Shown: positions 1 to 12,611 of the stretch, in pieces
Layout of the letters: each line of letters starts with the position of its first letter
Numbering within the stretch: position 1 is the stretch's first letter
Source: Lama guanicoe
Lineage: Eukaryota
Direction of reading: 5' to 3'
Assembly (NCBI GenBank): GCA_013239625.1
Contig: MU054033.1
Location: 62,001-126,000 of the forward strand
Length of the DNA: 64,000 nt
Made by a program: the position numbers and the translations under genes
The notes under the pieces: generated by a model
The model's database searches: none
What the model was told of the DNA's origin: nothing
What the model saw: the letters and a program-made list of their open reading frames with translations, nothing else

Positions 1-685
1 CCTGCCCACACTCAAGGCGAGGAGATCGTACAGGGTATGTAGAACAGGTGGCAAAGCCCTGAAAGGTCGGTTAGAATTCTACCAGACCATCCTAGAGAGA
101 AGGTCTCAGGGCTTCCACCTGGCTCTTCCTCCCATAGTAGGCCTCCCTCACTCCCCAGGCTGCAGAGATCATGCGTGGATCATATCACTTTTTTAGTGTG
201 TTTATTCCCATTGTGTGTTCAGTAACCGCAGGTTAGATCCATGGTCACACTGAGTCCACTGCGAGACAGTCCCAGCCCAAAATGTCATTTATCACCTGTC
301 TGACGTAGCTCCGAGCTGACTGGTGGACATTACTGGTGCTTTAGGTCCCAGAAATTAGCATCAGCCCAGAGCCATGCTCATAATCTCCGTAAAGCCTGGG
401 TGTTTCCTCTTGTCTAGGGCGCGACGGCTCTGTAATTGCCCGCAGAGCCCTCCCTGCAAGCGCCAGTTGGTTCTCGTCTGCAGTTCCCTTCTACACTCTG
501 TGAACCAACGCCGACATCTAAGCTTCTAGGTTCTGAAACCCCAACCCCTTCGTTTTGTTTCTCAGGCTCCAGAGGTGACAGCTGCTCCTTGCAACTTCCA
601 CCTGTGTTACCTCACTGCTTGCTTTTTGCCTTCTTAGTCCTCCGCTGTTTGTTTGACCGATGCTCTGTTTTCCAACGTCTCCCCT

Positions 686-1170
686 ACATGAGCAAACCCA
701 GGGGACATTATGCTTAGTGAAGTGAGCCTGTCACCGAAGGATGGACATTGCATGACTCCACTTCTATGAAGACTCTAAAACAGTCCAACTCAGAAGCAGA
801 GAGTAGAATGGGGGTTGCCAGTGACTGGGGGAGGAGGGGGAATGAGGAACTGGCTGCCAATGAGCATCAAGTTTCAGTTACGCAACGAGAATAAATTCTA
901 GAGATCCAATAGCTAACAGTATCGTATTGGGCACTTAAAAACTCATTCAGAGGGTTTGTCTTCTACTAAGTGTTCTAACAATGGCAACAACAACAAAGAA
1001 ACACAGTGAAACTGTTGGGGGTAATGGAAATACCTACTACCTTGATTACGGTGATGGTTTCATGAGTGTATGCATATGTCCAAACTCATCACATTGTAGA
1101 CGTTCAGTGTGTACATCAATTGTATAACAATTGCACCTAAGTACAGCTGTTTAAAATAAATAAATAAAAT
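686..1170 (+). mobile_element. Old LINE-1 3' end (L1M-type)
   Basis: gacattatgcttagtgaa...agtagaatgggggttgccag...; ends in aaaataaataaataaaa. Confidence 0.8.
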
Positions 1171-2427
1171 ACAATGCCTCTATTAAAATAGCTGTTACAG
1201 TTCCTATTTGACTGACAGGAGTCAGACACACGCCACGGGTTCTGCAGAAGTAGAATGGGTTAATAAACTACAGTATATTCATATAAGGGATCGTTATACT
1301 GAAAGGCAGTTGAACATTTTATTGCTGTACCTGGGTGAAACTCACAAACTCAATGCTGTGACAAAAAGAACGTATATGGGATGATTTTAGAAACTTACCT
1401 GCATTCTAAAATGAAATCCTCTTGTTTCGGGACGCATATACTGGGTGTGAAAATGTAACAAAAAGCAAGGACATGGTTACCATGAGCCACAGGGGAGCAG
1501 ACGCCCCCGGCAGAGAGGGAGGGCTTACTGCCGACAGGAAGGACATGCTTTGCAGCATCAGCCATGTGTCCCGTCTTCTCCCGAGTGCAGGTTAGAGATG
1601 CTTTATACCCTTTGCTGTCTGTGTGTCATAGCTCACAATGTGAAATGTTTTGTTTGTGATTTTAATTCTAATACAGATGACTTTACAACTTGAATGAACT
1701 TGCAGCCTGAATTTCTATGAAAACTGTCTCTTTCCTATGTGCTTATTTCAAGCCCTCAGTCCTCTGACATGGAATTATGATATTAAAACAGTCTTAGTGC
1801 AGGAAGAAAATGCTGTTTTGAGAACATCACTGACTTCTGAAGTGGCTGGAAAACATACTTAAGAAGCATGGTACTTACTTCACACTGAGCCACAGCGTTG
1901 GTGGTTGTATTAAACAGTGCCAAGGAGGACGAACTTGGGTCTGGCTGCATTAAACCTGGAAGACAACAGCGTTTTTTAAACTACATTGCAACTAACGTTC
2001 ATGCCTTTGTTAGCCTTAGTCTCTTTAAAATTGTTCTCAGACCATATTTTTGGGGATCATCTGATTCATCAGCTATACAAATTTCAATCAAACTATGTTT
2101 ATATTTATTTTTATATATTAAATACATTTAATATAGCCAAGCATTCTGCACCTCAAATGAAACAACAGGTTTTAGCAAAGCTATGGTAAACTTATAATGA
2201 AAGTGAATAAATAAATTATGTAAGTTTTCAGGAATTAACTCCTGTATGTCAAATCATTGCTTTCTTTTCCCTAATAGTATTATATGTAAATAAAAGCTGC
2301 AACAGTTTTGGAAACCCCAAAAGGGGATTTCAGCAGTATGGTCATGCCAATGATGGCGACTTTTTCTCTGCTAGTTTCTCCCCACTCCAGAAACCAATTT
2401 CAAATTATTCCTCCCAGGTACCGAGCA

Positions 2428-2779
2428 CAGTTATCCCTCAGTATTCACAGGGGATTGGTTCCAGTACCCCCCCACCCCCGTAGATACAAAATTCCTCTGA
2501 TGTTCAAGCTCTTAGTATAAAATGATGCAGTATTTGCATACAACCTACACACATCTTCCTGTATACTTTAAATCATCTCTAGATTACCAATTGTACCTAA
2601 TGCAATGTAACTACTATGTAAATAGTTGTAAATACAATGTAAAGTCTATGTAAATAGTTCCTGGTGTGCGGCAAATTCAAGTTTTCCTGTTTGGAACTTT
2701 CTGGAATGTTTACAATATTTTTGATCTGTGGGTGGTTGAATCCACGGATGCAGAACTCACAGATATGGAGGACCAAGTG
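2428..2779 (+). mobile_element. MER2-like TcMar-Tigger DNA transposon
   Basis: cagttatccctcagtattcacaggggattggttccag...ctttaaatcatctctagattac...ggttgaatccacggatgcagaac. Confidence 0.85.
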
Positions 2780-4129
2780 TATGCATTTCTTAACTTATCT
2801 ATAAAAAGAACATAGGCAGATATAAAACAAATATTAATTATACTTAACACTTTTATCATAGTATCAAGGTTTTACTTATTTAGACAGAATAAAGCACCTG
2901 ACTACAAAGTGTCTTCCCTTAAAGGAATTTTTTTAAACTTGCATACGTTATCACTTGGCAATTGTACTAACTTAAATATATAGCATGCAAAATGAAGTCT
3001 TAAGGTATGGCCGTAATTTTATTTAACTATTAGAGAAGAAAAAGCACAAATCCAGACTTTCTCTAACAAGCATAACTTGAGCAATGGACATTGCCAGGAG
3101 TGTGAATTTTTCAGCTGTAAATTGCTAACACACATTGCCTAACAGTCAAATAAGGAAGTGTGTTCAGAAATGTCACATAATACTGCACAAGGATTTTATT
3201 GCTCTGCAGCACTCAGAGGAAAAATGATCGTAAAAATAAAACTCCAGGTTAAAAAGTTAGTTTCATAAAGCATTGTGATAATACGGGGGCTTTCTCTTTT
3301 AGGTTCCTTCTCAAAAAATGTCCAATCTATCACTACTTCCACCTATCAGAGTTTTGGGACCCGAAGAACCCCATCCGCTGGTGTTCGGTAGTAAGCAGGG
3401 CTCTGGCCTGGACTTCTTTGCTGAAGGACCCACCCCTGGGCCTCCAACACCTGAACACACTACATCATTTATCCTACATTCAGTGCCTCCTTGCACTCCT
3501 CTTGAGTTAAAATCTCTCTTGGTTCTCAAGTTGCAAGGGTACTCAAGTTTTCTTTAACTGTTTCTCCTATTGCCCATAAAAAAGTTGACCCACAAATATT
3601 TATTGGACAAATATTTATTTCTTGTGTTTGCCTATCCTGAGTCCCTTAGTGCCCTAATCCCTCCCCTCCAGCATATCCACCAGCTGGTGTAGGCTCACCC
3701 GACTCTGATCCAGTCCAAGGTGAACCAAAAAATTGCAGAATGAAAGGAAAGGGGAACTCAGACATGCAGGAGCTCCACTAACTCATTTGCCTAAGAAATG
3801 GCTTTTGTTAAGAAAATATAATATCCCACAGCTGATTTTTTATTATTAAATTTTCATGTTATTAATAACCTCATAACGAAAAATATTTAAGACATTCATG
3901 TATTTAAAAAAGGGTGACACATTCTTAGTTTGCAGATTCACAGGGAAATGTCCAGGAAATCTTAATGGAGAAAAAAAAAAGTTTAATAGCTGAAAACGGC
4001 TTAAAGCAGGTACACTGAGACTCAAAAGTGGAGGATGATCACGAGTGTCCCAGTGCAAGTCTGCAGGAGCCTCCCATGATGTCTCCTCACTTTGCTTCCT
4101 ACATTTCTGAACTCATGGACATGTGTCAC

Positions 4130-4258
4130 CTCAACTCTTTCCAGTTTGGACAACAGCAGCCTTTCACATCGCCGGAGTGGCTTTGCAGCACGCTGCAACA
4201 CATGGGAACATTCCCAAACTGGGGAGTGATTGGTATGAAATGACAGTTTTTTCATCAA
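4130..4258 (-). other. Candidate exon (VDEKTVISYQSLPSLGMFPCVAACCKATPAM*, stop at 4164-4166; possible internal frameshift)
   Basis: Acceptor catttctgtag|, donor GAG|gtgaca; phase 1 entry matches the previous exon. Confidence 0.45.
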
Positions 4259-4418
4259 CTACAGAAATGTTTTTATGGATTCTTTCATGATGCTGAAGAA
4301 GGGCAGCTCCACTTAAAGCAAAATATTTTGCTTTTACTATGATAGAACAGTCTCTCAATTGTAGAAAATAAAACCAAAGCAAATGGCTGTTCAAATAAAT
4401 GTTTTACCAAGTAAGAGT

Positions 4419-4444
4419 ACACACACACACACACACACACACAC
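4419..4444 (+). repeat. (AC)13 microsatellite
   Basis: Direct reading. Confidence 0.95.
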
Positions 4445-4592
4445 GCAAATCTTGGGCTCCAGCCTGGCTTATGAGAGCTAATCGCCCACCTGTGTAGTAA
4501 ACTGGCCCCATGGAGCCAGCTGGACCCATGGAACTTGAGTGCTGATTTAGGCAACAATTAGACCCACACTCTGTTAGATCTGAGGTCCTCAC

Positions 4593-4657
4593 CCTTATTT
4601 AGGTGTTCAATTTCTAACCACAGGTCGGATTGGTACTTCTCTCTGGCTTTCCTTTTC
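4593..4657 (-). other. Candidate exon (KRKAREKYQSDLWLEIEHLNK)
   Basis: Acceptor cttcccttctttctgcctctttag|, donor AGG|gtgagg; 65 nt, phase 2 to 1, open frame. Confidence 0.6.
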
Positions 4658-6074
4658 CTAAAGAGGCAGAAAGAAGGGAAGACGTCATTAAGTGCTAAGT
4701 GCTGGAGACTGGTCTGTTGTTGGATCGCGCATAACTAGAACGTGGGGTAATGCAGCTAGAACCTGCAGTCAAATTGAGTTTCACACTTGCAACATTCCAG
4801 ATAAGACAGATTTGACAACTGCATCAGAGTTTGTTTCATGGGGACCCAAAACAATGGAGGAATGGGATAGTACATTCTTTATATATGATATATTTTTAAT
4901 AAATTTTACAAATTTTATTTTAACATTTTAATGTTATATATAAATTTCATATGTATATTATATATATAATGTATCATTTTCAATCTGATTCTCATGTCTA
5001 CTTTTGGGCCAATGCGTGACTTTTGCCCTTCGCATAAGATGAAATAACATATTGATTCCAGAAGATTACACAGAAGTTACCAGATAGCTCTTTGCAGTGT
5101 ATCATTCATATGCTGAGAAATGTCTTTTTCTTTTCATGTTTAATGCATACTGGTCTCATAACTGGATCATTTGTAACATTTAAAGCTTTTTGGCTTTAAG
5201 TAATTCAGCTTCTTGCATTGAAGTTGATCCAAATGTTAACGATTAAGGTTACGTGACTAAGGCTTTAGGTATGAAAGTGTCCCTGAGAGACTTATGTTTG
5301 CTCTCATCTCTTAAAATGACTGTTCCGGGGCACATTTATGTAGGAAACAGGTATCGTATTTATACTTTTGCACAGGCTTGAATTTTCTTTTTGTTTTCCT
5401 TGTGCTGTTCAACATTGCACCACCTCCCCTGCACTGATGTGTTCATTCGCTAATTTGCGGTCTATTTGCATGATTATTCATATTGTCACTCACATCGCTG
5501 GAGTTTAATTTGCTTTATTTTTGTGGTAGGAATAAAATAAATTGCTCCACTAACCAGAAAACAGAATGGGGAGAGGCACCCTTTAAAAAATACACTTAAT
5601 GCAACACGCAAGTCACAAGCCATGATGAAAAACTACGTGGACACCAACACCAGTAGACCCTCTGGAAGTTAAAGGTCTGTGGGAAATCAGCCACATTTTG
5701 AGTTTGCCTCATTCTGTTTTCATTCAAAGCATGTTTTTCTACATATACAAGGTATTTCTTACTAGAGGATTTTGGGTGCCTGTCAATCAAGGAAATTTTG
5801 TAAATCAGGAGAAAACAAGAGAAACTTTATTCACAGATGATTCAGTCTCCAGTATTATTTGGTATTATTGATACCATTTTGTAAAGATGCTGGAATCAAC
5901 TAATTCCTGTTGAAAGTAACTGATTGCTTTCAAATTTTCATTACTTTTCACTTCATAGAAAAAAAAATCTACTCTTAAAAAAAAAAAAAAAACCCTGAAC
6001 TTTATAACATAGGAAGAGACTAAACACGTAACTTTAAGTATTTTGCAACCGGATTATGGATCAGCCAAGCTCAC

Positions 6075-6205
6075 CAGGTTAGAGAGACTGGAGCAGCCTC
6101 TGGGGGGATCTTCCTGGAAATTCGCTCTCTGTCCAAAGCCGACTCCAGCTTAAGCACAGCTGACATACGCAATTTATCAAGTCGCTCCATTGCCCCTGGC
6201 ATTTT
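6075..6205 (-). other. Candidate exon (KMPGAMERLDKLRMSAVLKLESALDRERISRKIPPEAAPVSLTW)
   Basis: Acceptor gattttgtag|, donor CTG|gtgagc; 131 nt, phase 0 to 2, open frame. Confidence 0.6.
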
Positions 6206-6630
6206 CTACAAAATCAGGTAAGTAGGTTTTGATTTCCATCTTTATAGTCACAAAATTTAAAATCACATCTAAAAAAACAGGAGGTTCTCAGGACCATTAC
6301 TTTTCTTGACTAGCAAATAGAAAAACTGCTAAAATGTGTAATTTTTCATTAAATTTGGGGATAGTATTAAAGATTCATATGAACAGTTCTCATGAACAGT
6401 TCTCATATGAACTGTTCACATAAATTTATACTTCAGGCTTTTATGCTTGTAACTATGATAGCTGCCCACTCCCCCTCTCCCTCCCAAAAAGCAGGGCTGA
6501 TTTCTTATGAAAAGGCTTTTTGTAGGTTGAGATCTAGAGAAACGGACATTATTCAGCAACTTTATTATCATCGATTTTAGCTTTCCTTTTTTCATTCTAT
6601 AAGCCTTCCTGGGCTGAGACTGACACTCAC

Positions 6631-6724
6631 TCTTGCTCCTGTAACCAAGCTGGAATTTCTTAAAGATTCCACTTCTTTGTTCTCTTCTAAGATCATGTCT
6701 TGAGCATCCTTTTCATCCTTGATG
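6631..6724 (-). other. Candidate exon of an unidentified minus-strand gene/pseudogene (IKDEKDAQDMILEENKEVESLRNSSLVTGAR)
   Basis: Acceptor tcttttactttctatattctag|, donor AGA|gtgagt; 94 nt, phase 2 to 0, open frame, compatible with the next exon. Confidence 0.6.
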
Positions 6725-7283
6725 CTAGAATATAGAAAGTAAAAGACAGATGTAAAACACAAAGATGGGAAAAAATAAATCAACCTAAAGAAAGATAAAG
6801 GAAAGATATATGACACCAATCTTAGCATAAGGCTATTTAAGGAGTCATAAAAAATAATTTACAAACAACAGAAAAGAGTGTAAATCTAGAGATGCTACCA
6901 AAATATATACCTGGGTTTTCACAATGCTCTTGGAAGATGTGCAGTGGCTGGCTAGATTTAAGGCACATTGGGTGGAAGTAGGCAACTTCCTAGGTTCAGA
7001 TATTGTAGTTGAGGAAATCATTATTTCAAGGAAAAGACAAGTTTTATTGACTTAAGAAAAGTCACTATTCCAAAAAGAGGATTTTGGGTGCCTGTCAATC
7101 AAGGAAATTTTGTAAATCAGGAGAAAACAAGAGAAACTTTATTCACAGATGATTCAGTCTCCAGTATTATTTGGTATTATTGATACCATTTTGTAAAGAT
7201 GCTGGAATCAACTAATTCCTGTTGAAAGAAAAAAGACAGTTTTATTGACTTAAGAAAAGTCACTATTCCAAACTGTTTATTCT

Positions 7284-7510
7284 TTTTTTTTTAATTGAAG
7301 TATAGTCAGTTTACAAGCTGTGTCAATTTCCAGTGTTCAGCATAATGCTTCAGTCATACATACACATACATATATTCCTTTTCAGATTCTTTTTCATTAC
7401 AGGTTACTGCGAGATATTGAATACAATTCCCTGTGCTATACAGTAGAAATTTGTTTACCTATTTCATATGTAGTAGTATTTGCAAATCTCAAACTTTCAA
7501 TTTGTCCCTT
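7284..7510 (-). mobile_element. 5'-truncated LINE-1 3' tail
   Basis: Poly-T followed by aattgaagtatagtcagtttaca...ccctgtgctatacagtag, a typical laurasiatherian L1 3'UTR in antisense. Confidence 0.75.
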
Positions 7511-8675
7511 TCCAGTTTACTCTTAATTAGAGATTAATTTAATTATTAACGTAGGCACTGAAAATCTGCACTATGCCCACCTGTGGCATAGCTTACCGGT
7601 AAGCGTCATGTACGCTGCACACCACTCATTAATGTAACAGCATTAAGTCTTCATTCCCAGAAGAACTGCCCAGTCACTGAGCTGGTTAGCCCTACACTCC
7701 CTAGCAAATTCTGAGGCTGGCAAATAAAAATTCAGCTATAGAAGCAAACTGAAGTTACTTTTGAGCACACAAAGAGATAGAAAATTTACTATACACAGAC
7801 TTTCCTGGAAGAATTAATTGCTCCAGGATGCACGCTAGTGCAAAACAAAGACTGAATTCATGAAGAGGGAAACATGGGACAACGTTACTGGTAATTTATG
7901 ATTAAGCCTAAAATACTGTCAATAAATAACAATCTGGACCTAAAATTCCAGATGATATCAGCACGAGGACTGGGGTGGAACCATCAAAATTCTTGACCAA
8001 GTGCAGGGAGAATACAGGAGCCCTACTCCAGCTGGTCTTCGTGAAAGCAGCAGTCCTCGAAGGATGATGATACTTAGAGCATCCTGCATCCTTAGCATAA
8101 GAGGCAACATCACGGATTCTCATACTGAACTTGGTGTACCTGAAAAATACATTTCTTCAAAGCTGATCTACAGAAACTTTGTGAGGCTCAATTCTGATGC
8201 TTTTGTGATAAGTGTAATGATAATGGGACTTATTGAAATAAGGCTGCACTTCAAATATACCTGCATGTAATACACGATATACAGGGCTTCCAGCAGAAAA
8301 AAAATACATATTTTCTGGGGCGGGCTTTCCAGCATGTGAATAATCAAAGAAGGAAACTGGGCACAATGTTTGAACAAATTCTTATGGAAATCAAAAGGAA
8401 ATAACTGCCCGTGAACAAACCACAATTAAAGGTAAGTTTAGACAAGACAAGCACAAGCCAAAACATACGCAGGAAACAAACACAACAGTGAAAGTAATGT
8501 CGGTATCGGGTCACATATTCCTGGAAACCAATTTGGTTCTAGCTCCTAGGATTTATGTGAGCCTAAGTATGCTAAAAAGAAATCCCTGAATGAAGGCACA
8601 AAATGGGGTATTCACATGTATGTATTTAACTGGCAGAGTAGTTAAAAGGATCCGAAATATATACATTCAAAAAAT

Positions 8676-8693
8676 TGTGTGTGTGTGTGTGTG
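8676..8693 (+). repeat. (TG)9 microsatellite
   Basis: Direct reading. Confidence 0.9.
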
Positions 8694-9592
8694 TATACAT
8701 AACAGGAGATACAGAGATAGACAGACAGACACATCTGCACATTGCAGGCACACAACTTTTTGTTCTTATTGCTAAATACACACAAAAAAGAGTTAACTTA
8801 CAGAAACTGTTACAATTTGAAGCCTCAGTCAAAACTTTAGACTTGATACATCAAGAACGTGAGGTGAGGAATGTTTAAGAGTAATAAACACAGTTAATTT
8901 CCTAGTTCATTAATTTCATGATGTGTTTTAAACATAGTGCTACCTCTGTGTCAGAGCACCATCTCCCACTACAATTTGTAAGAAAAGAAAACGGAAATTT
9001 ATCTAAGGAAAACTATTCTTTTGAAAGCAGAAGCCCTGAAACCCAGCTCTAAGAATAAACACACTCATATGGTTTTTTCCAGTGTACTTGTGTTATTAGT
9101 GGTAAATTTACTGGGAAAAACACTGCAGGCGTGTGCTTTACATACCTTCCTGAGGCATCCTGTAGGGGCTTATAATTGTTCATCCGACAGAATAAGGGAG
9201 CTCTGTCTTTGCTCATAGTGACACGAGCAGTCCCCGGGTTTCCCCTCCTGGAGGTCTCGGTGGAGCAGGGAGGCCCGACAGTCGCGCTCCAAGCCTTCCA
9301 GCAGTCCAGAGAAGCTGGCGGTGTGAGGCCAACTGCTGCTCCCTGGGGCTGGAAGGGTCCTGTCCCAGGGTTCCAAAGATGGCTCCAGCCTCAGGGGCAG
9401 TTAAACATCAAGACGCAGCTGTGCAGGCTTGATGGCCACCCTGTGTCACGACCCAGCCTGTGGGAAAGGAGGAAAGCCTTCCCTGTATCACAGGGTGGGA
9501 GAGACCCGGGAGAGCATTCTGGTGTGGACATCGTGATGCCACGTCATTTAACACAGCCTCTGAATTGTGAACTTCTACATATACACGTGTAT

Positions 9593-9618
9593 ACACACAC
9601 ACACACACACACACACAC
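9593..9618 (+). repeat. (AC)13 microsatellite
   Basis: Direct reading. Confidence 0.95.
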
Positions 9619-10710
9619 AGTTGAAATATATATGAATAGATATGTATATAGGATAAGTAGGAATTCCTACAAGTTGTTTTATAATTTTTTTATTACCTTT
9701 TGTTTTATTGAGATATTTCCTTTTGGTAACCGTGAATTTTGATAAAATTTCAAACTAGCAAAAGAAAAAAAGCATAAGAATGGACAAAGATCTCCTGTAA
9801 ATTCTGTATCAAATTTACCATTGTAACTAATTTACCCCATTTACTTCGTCTTTCTCTCTCTCTCACTGTCTCGCACCATGTTTGGTTTATTTTTCTGAAC
9901 CATTTGAAAGTAAGTCTCAGACGCCTTGTCACCCCTTAAATACGGAAGAAGAGGAAGAACACTTCTTACAGAACCACAGCACGGAAATAAAAACCTGGAA
10001 ATCCGGCATCCGGACGACGCTATTGACCAAACGTAGCTCATGTTCACATTTGGTTAATCTTCTGAATAACTTCCTTCATAATTATTTTTCTGTAGGTTCA
10101 GGGTCGAATCCAGGATGGCTCGTTGCATTTGGGTGACACGTCCGTTAACCTGCAGACGTTTCTCAGTCTGTCTTGTCTTTTATGACGTGGAGACTTGGAA
10201 GACTACAGATCAATCACTTTGTTTGGTTTCCATGTGGTTAGATCCATGCTAGCAGTTTGGGGAGGAATCACCTAAAACTGATGTTCTGTCCTATTGCACC
10301 TGGTAAGATGGCACACACCCCGGAGATATTTGGTGTCCATTTGTCCCATTCTTGGTGACATTCACTTTGGGTTATCAGGTTATTTCTTTAATTCTTTGTA
10401 AATTTCCTTTTTTTCCTTTTGTAACAAATAAGCTGTTTTATAGGAAAGTGTTTCAAAATTAAGCAGTTATCCTGCTCCTTATCAAACTTTCATCCACTGA
10501 TCTTCCTTACCTGAATGTTACTAATAGGCCGTCAAGACAGAACTCCAGTGTTGCTATTCCTTTTACATTTATTAATTGACATTCACTGTAAGAAACAGCT
10601 TTTCCTTTTCTCTCCCTTATTATTTATTCACTAATTGATTTATATCAGTATATACTCATGGGCTCCTGTCTCATCTTATTCCTAATTTATTCTGATGCTC
10701 AGTTGTCTCC

Positions 10711-11092
10711 TGTATTGTCAGCTCAGGTGCTATAACAAAATACCATGCACTGGTTGACCTGAACAACAGAAACTTCTTTCTCACAGTTCTGGAGGCTACA
10801 AGTCCAAGAACAAGGTCTTGTAAAGGTAGGTTTCATCTGAGGCTTCTTCTGGTGGCTTGTGGGTGGCTGCCATCTCACTGGGTGCTCACATATCCTTTTT
10901 TCATGTGCACCTGGAGAGAGAGCGAGAAACAAAGAGAGAGCTTCTGGTGTCCCTTCTTATCAGTGCCTCACTCTCATGACCTCATCAAACCTAGTCACCT
11001 CTCCAAGGCCCTGCCTCCAAACCCCACCCCATTAGGGGTTAGGGCTTCAACATATGAATTTGGGAGGAGACAAAAATATTCATCCCATAGCA
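10711..11092 (-). mobile_element. MLT1 (ERVL-MaLR) solo LTR
   Basis: gctataacaaaataccat...tctcacagttctggaggct..aagtccaag...agggcttcaacatatgaatttgg. Confidence 0.85.
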
Positions 11093-11330
11093 TCTCCTCC
11101 GGACAATTCCCTCCTGTTGGCCAGAGGGAAGCGCTTCAAGCTGACTCTTAAGTCCTTTCCACAAGCTCCGATATTATCCGAAGACTTTATTGTTTTCTGG
11201 CATAAGATGTACCGAGGTCGTCTTGTTCTTTCACTGTCCTAGATATGGAAGCAAGAATTTTCCAAGGACTCGTTTCTTTTTATGGGGAGTGGTATTTAGA
11301 AAAGAATTTGTGCACGTTCTGTGGGTGTGT

Positions 11331-11440
11331 ACACATATACACATACACATACCACACACATACACACACTACACAGGCACACCCACATGTACACCACACA
11401 CCAACACATGCAAAGGCACAGACATACACACATGTACATA
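11331..11440 (+). repeat. Degenerate CA-rich simple repeat
   Basis: acacatatacacatacacataccacacacatacacacac... Confidence 0.8.
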
Positions 11441-11799
11441 AACTTTGTAAAAAAAATAGTAAAGCAAAGCACATAATAGGCATTTTATATCTGATTCCTG
11501 AGCCTGACTCTCAGAAAGTGAGATTTTTCACTCGTGCTCTTTTTGCGTCATGTGCTCTTTTGCGTCATGTACATTTATTATCTATTCTGTCTACTGAAAA
11601 CTTGTTTAAGTGAACAGTGGAAGTTTCCAGTTCTGTTGAAGATAGAACTAGCACCTCCCGTCCCATTCAGTGCAAATAAAATCCTTGGACATAGCACATG
11701 GAACGGCTATCGGAGGACTCTGAAATGAAGTGGTAAGAGGTGAATTGAAGAAAGAAATCAGCAGGCACGTAAGAATAATTCAGCCGTGAGGTTCTGAGG

Positions 11800-12611
11800 T
11801 TTTTGTTCCCCTCCGAGGTGTCTCCTGGCCTGAATTCAGAGTCAACTTGAAACCTGAAATTGCATACCAGGTGTAAATAGAATGAATTCCAAGAGACGCT
11901 TTTTTTTCCCCTTCTAATCTACCTTCAACAATAAAGAAAGGATGATTCAGAGGAGAGACTCAAGGGCCAAAAGGTAGAGCCAAGAGTTATTTCCAAGCCT
12001 TGAAACCAATGTTTATCCGCCTGGATTTCAGAACTTGCAATGGATAAGTGACTCCTCGTTCAACCTTCCATTTTTCCCCCCTTTTTGAACCGGAACGTCT
12101 CTGGCTGCCATCCTGTGCCCGCTGTGATGTTCTTCTATAATCTCATTCTCTTGAAGGTGGGTGGGACATGTAACCTGCTTTTAGCCTACAGAACGTGCCA
12201 AAAGTGATGGGTTTTCCCACCTGCAATTATGCTGCGTTATATAAGATTCTGCCTTGCTAGCACAGATTCTCCTTCAGGGCATGATGAAGTAAGTACCCAT
12301 GCTGGAGAAGCTCACATTACAAAAGCAGACAATCTGCAATATCCGAGGGCAGCCAGCGAAAGCCATAGAGCTGCAAGAAAATAAGTTCCACCGACAACAT
12401 GAAACAACTGGAAGTGAATCCTTCCACAGTTCAGCCTCCAGATGAGAACACAGTCCAGCCAACACGTTGATTGCAGCTAAATGAGACCCGGAGCAGAAGG
12501 GTCTAAATTGTGACTGGACTCCTGGCCCACACGAACTATGAGCTAATACATGTGCTGTTTTAGCCACTAAGTGTATGGTCATTTGTCATGCAGCAACAGA
12601 AAACTGAGTGC
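11800..12611 (+). mobile_element. MaLR internal remnant plus MLT1-type LTR
   Basis: cagcctccagatgagaacacagtccagccaacac...ttttagccactaagtgtatggtcatttgtcatgcagcaacagaaaactga; boundaries approximate. Confidence 0.65.

Larger units (their letters stand above)
5764..7228 (+). repeat. Identical 153-bp direct repeat (5764-5916 and 7076-7228)
   Basis: agaggattttgggtgcctgtc...ctaattcctgttgaaag is present twice with no mismatch by eye. Confidence 0.95.

Noticed and set aside
6078..6217. Plus-strand exon candidate ending CAG|gtaagt (and a similar one at 8803-8862)
   Set aside because: Weak acceptors and no phase-compatible plus-strand partners found. At 6.1 kb the minus-strand reading fits the exon chain better.
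11534..11568. 17/18-bp tandem duplication gtgctctttt(t)gcgtcat (similar short duplications at ~3592 and ~35518)
   Set aside because: Ordinary slippage duplications with no spacer structure and no functional evidence.
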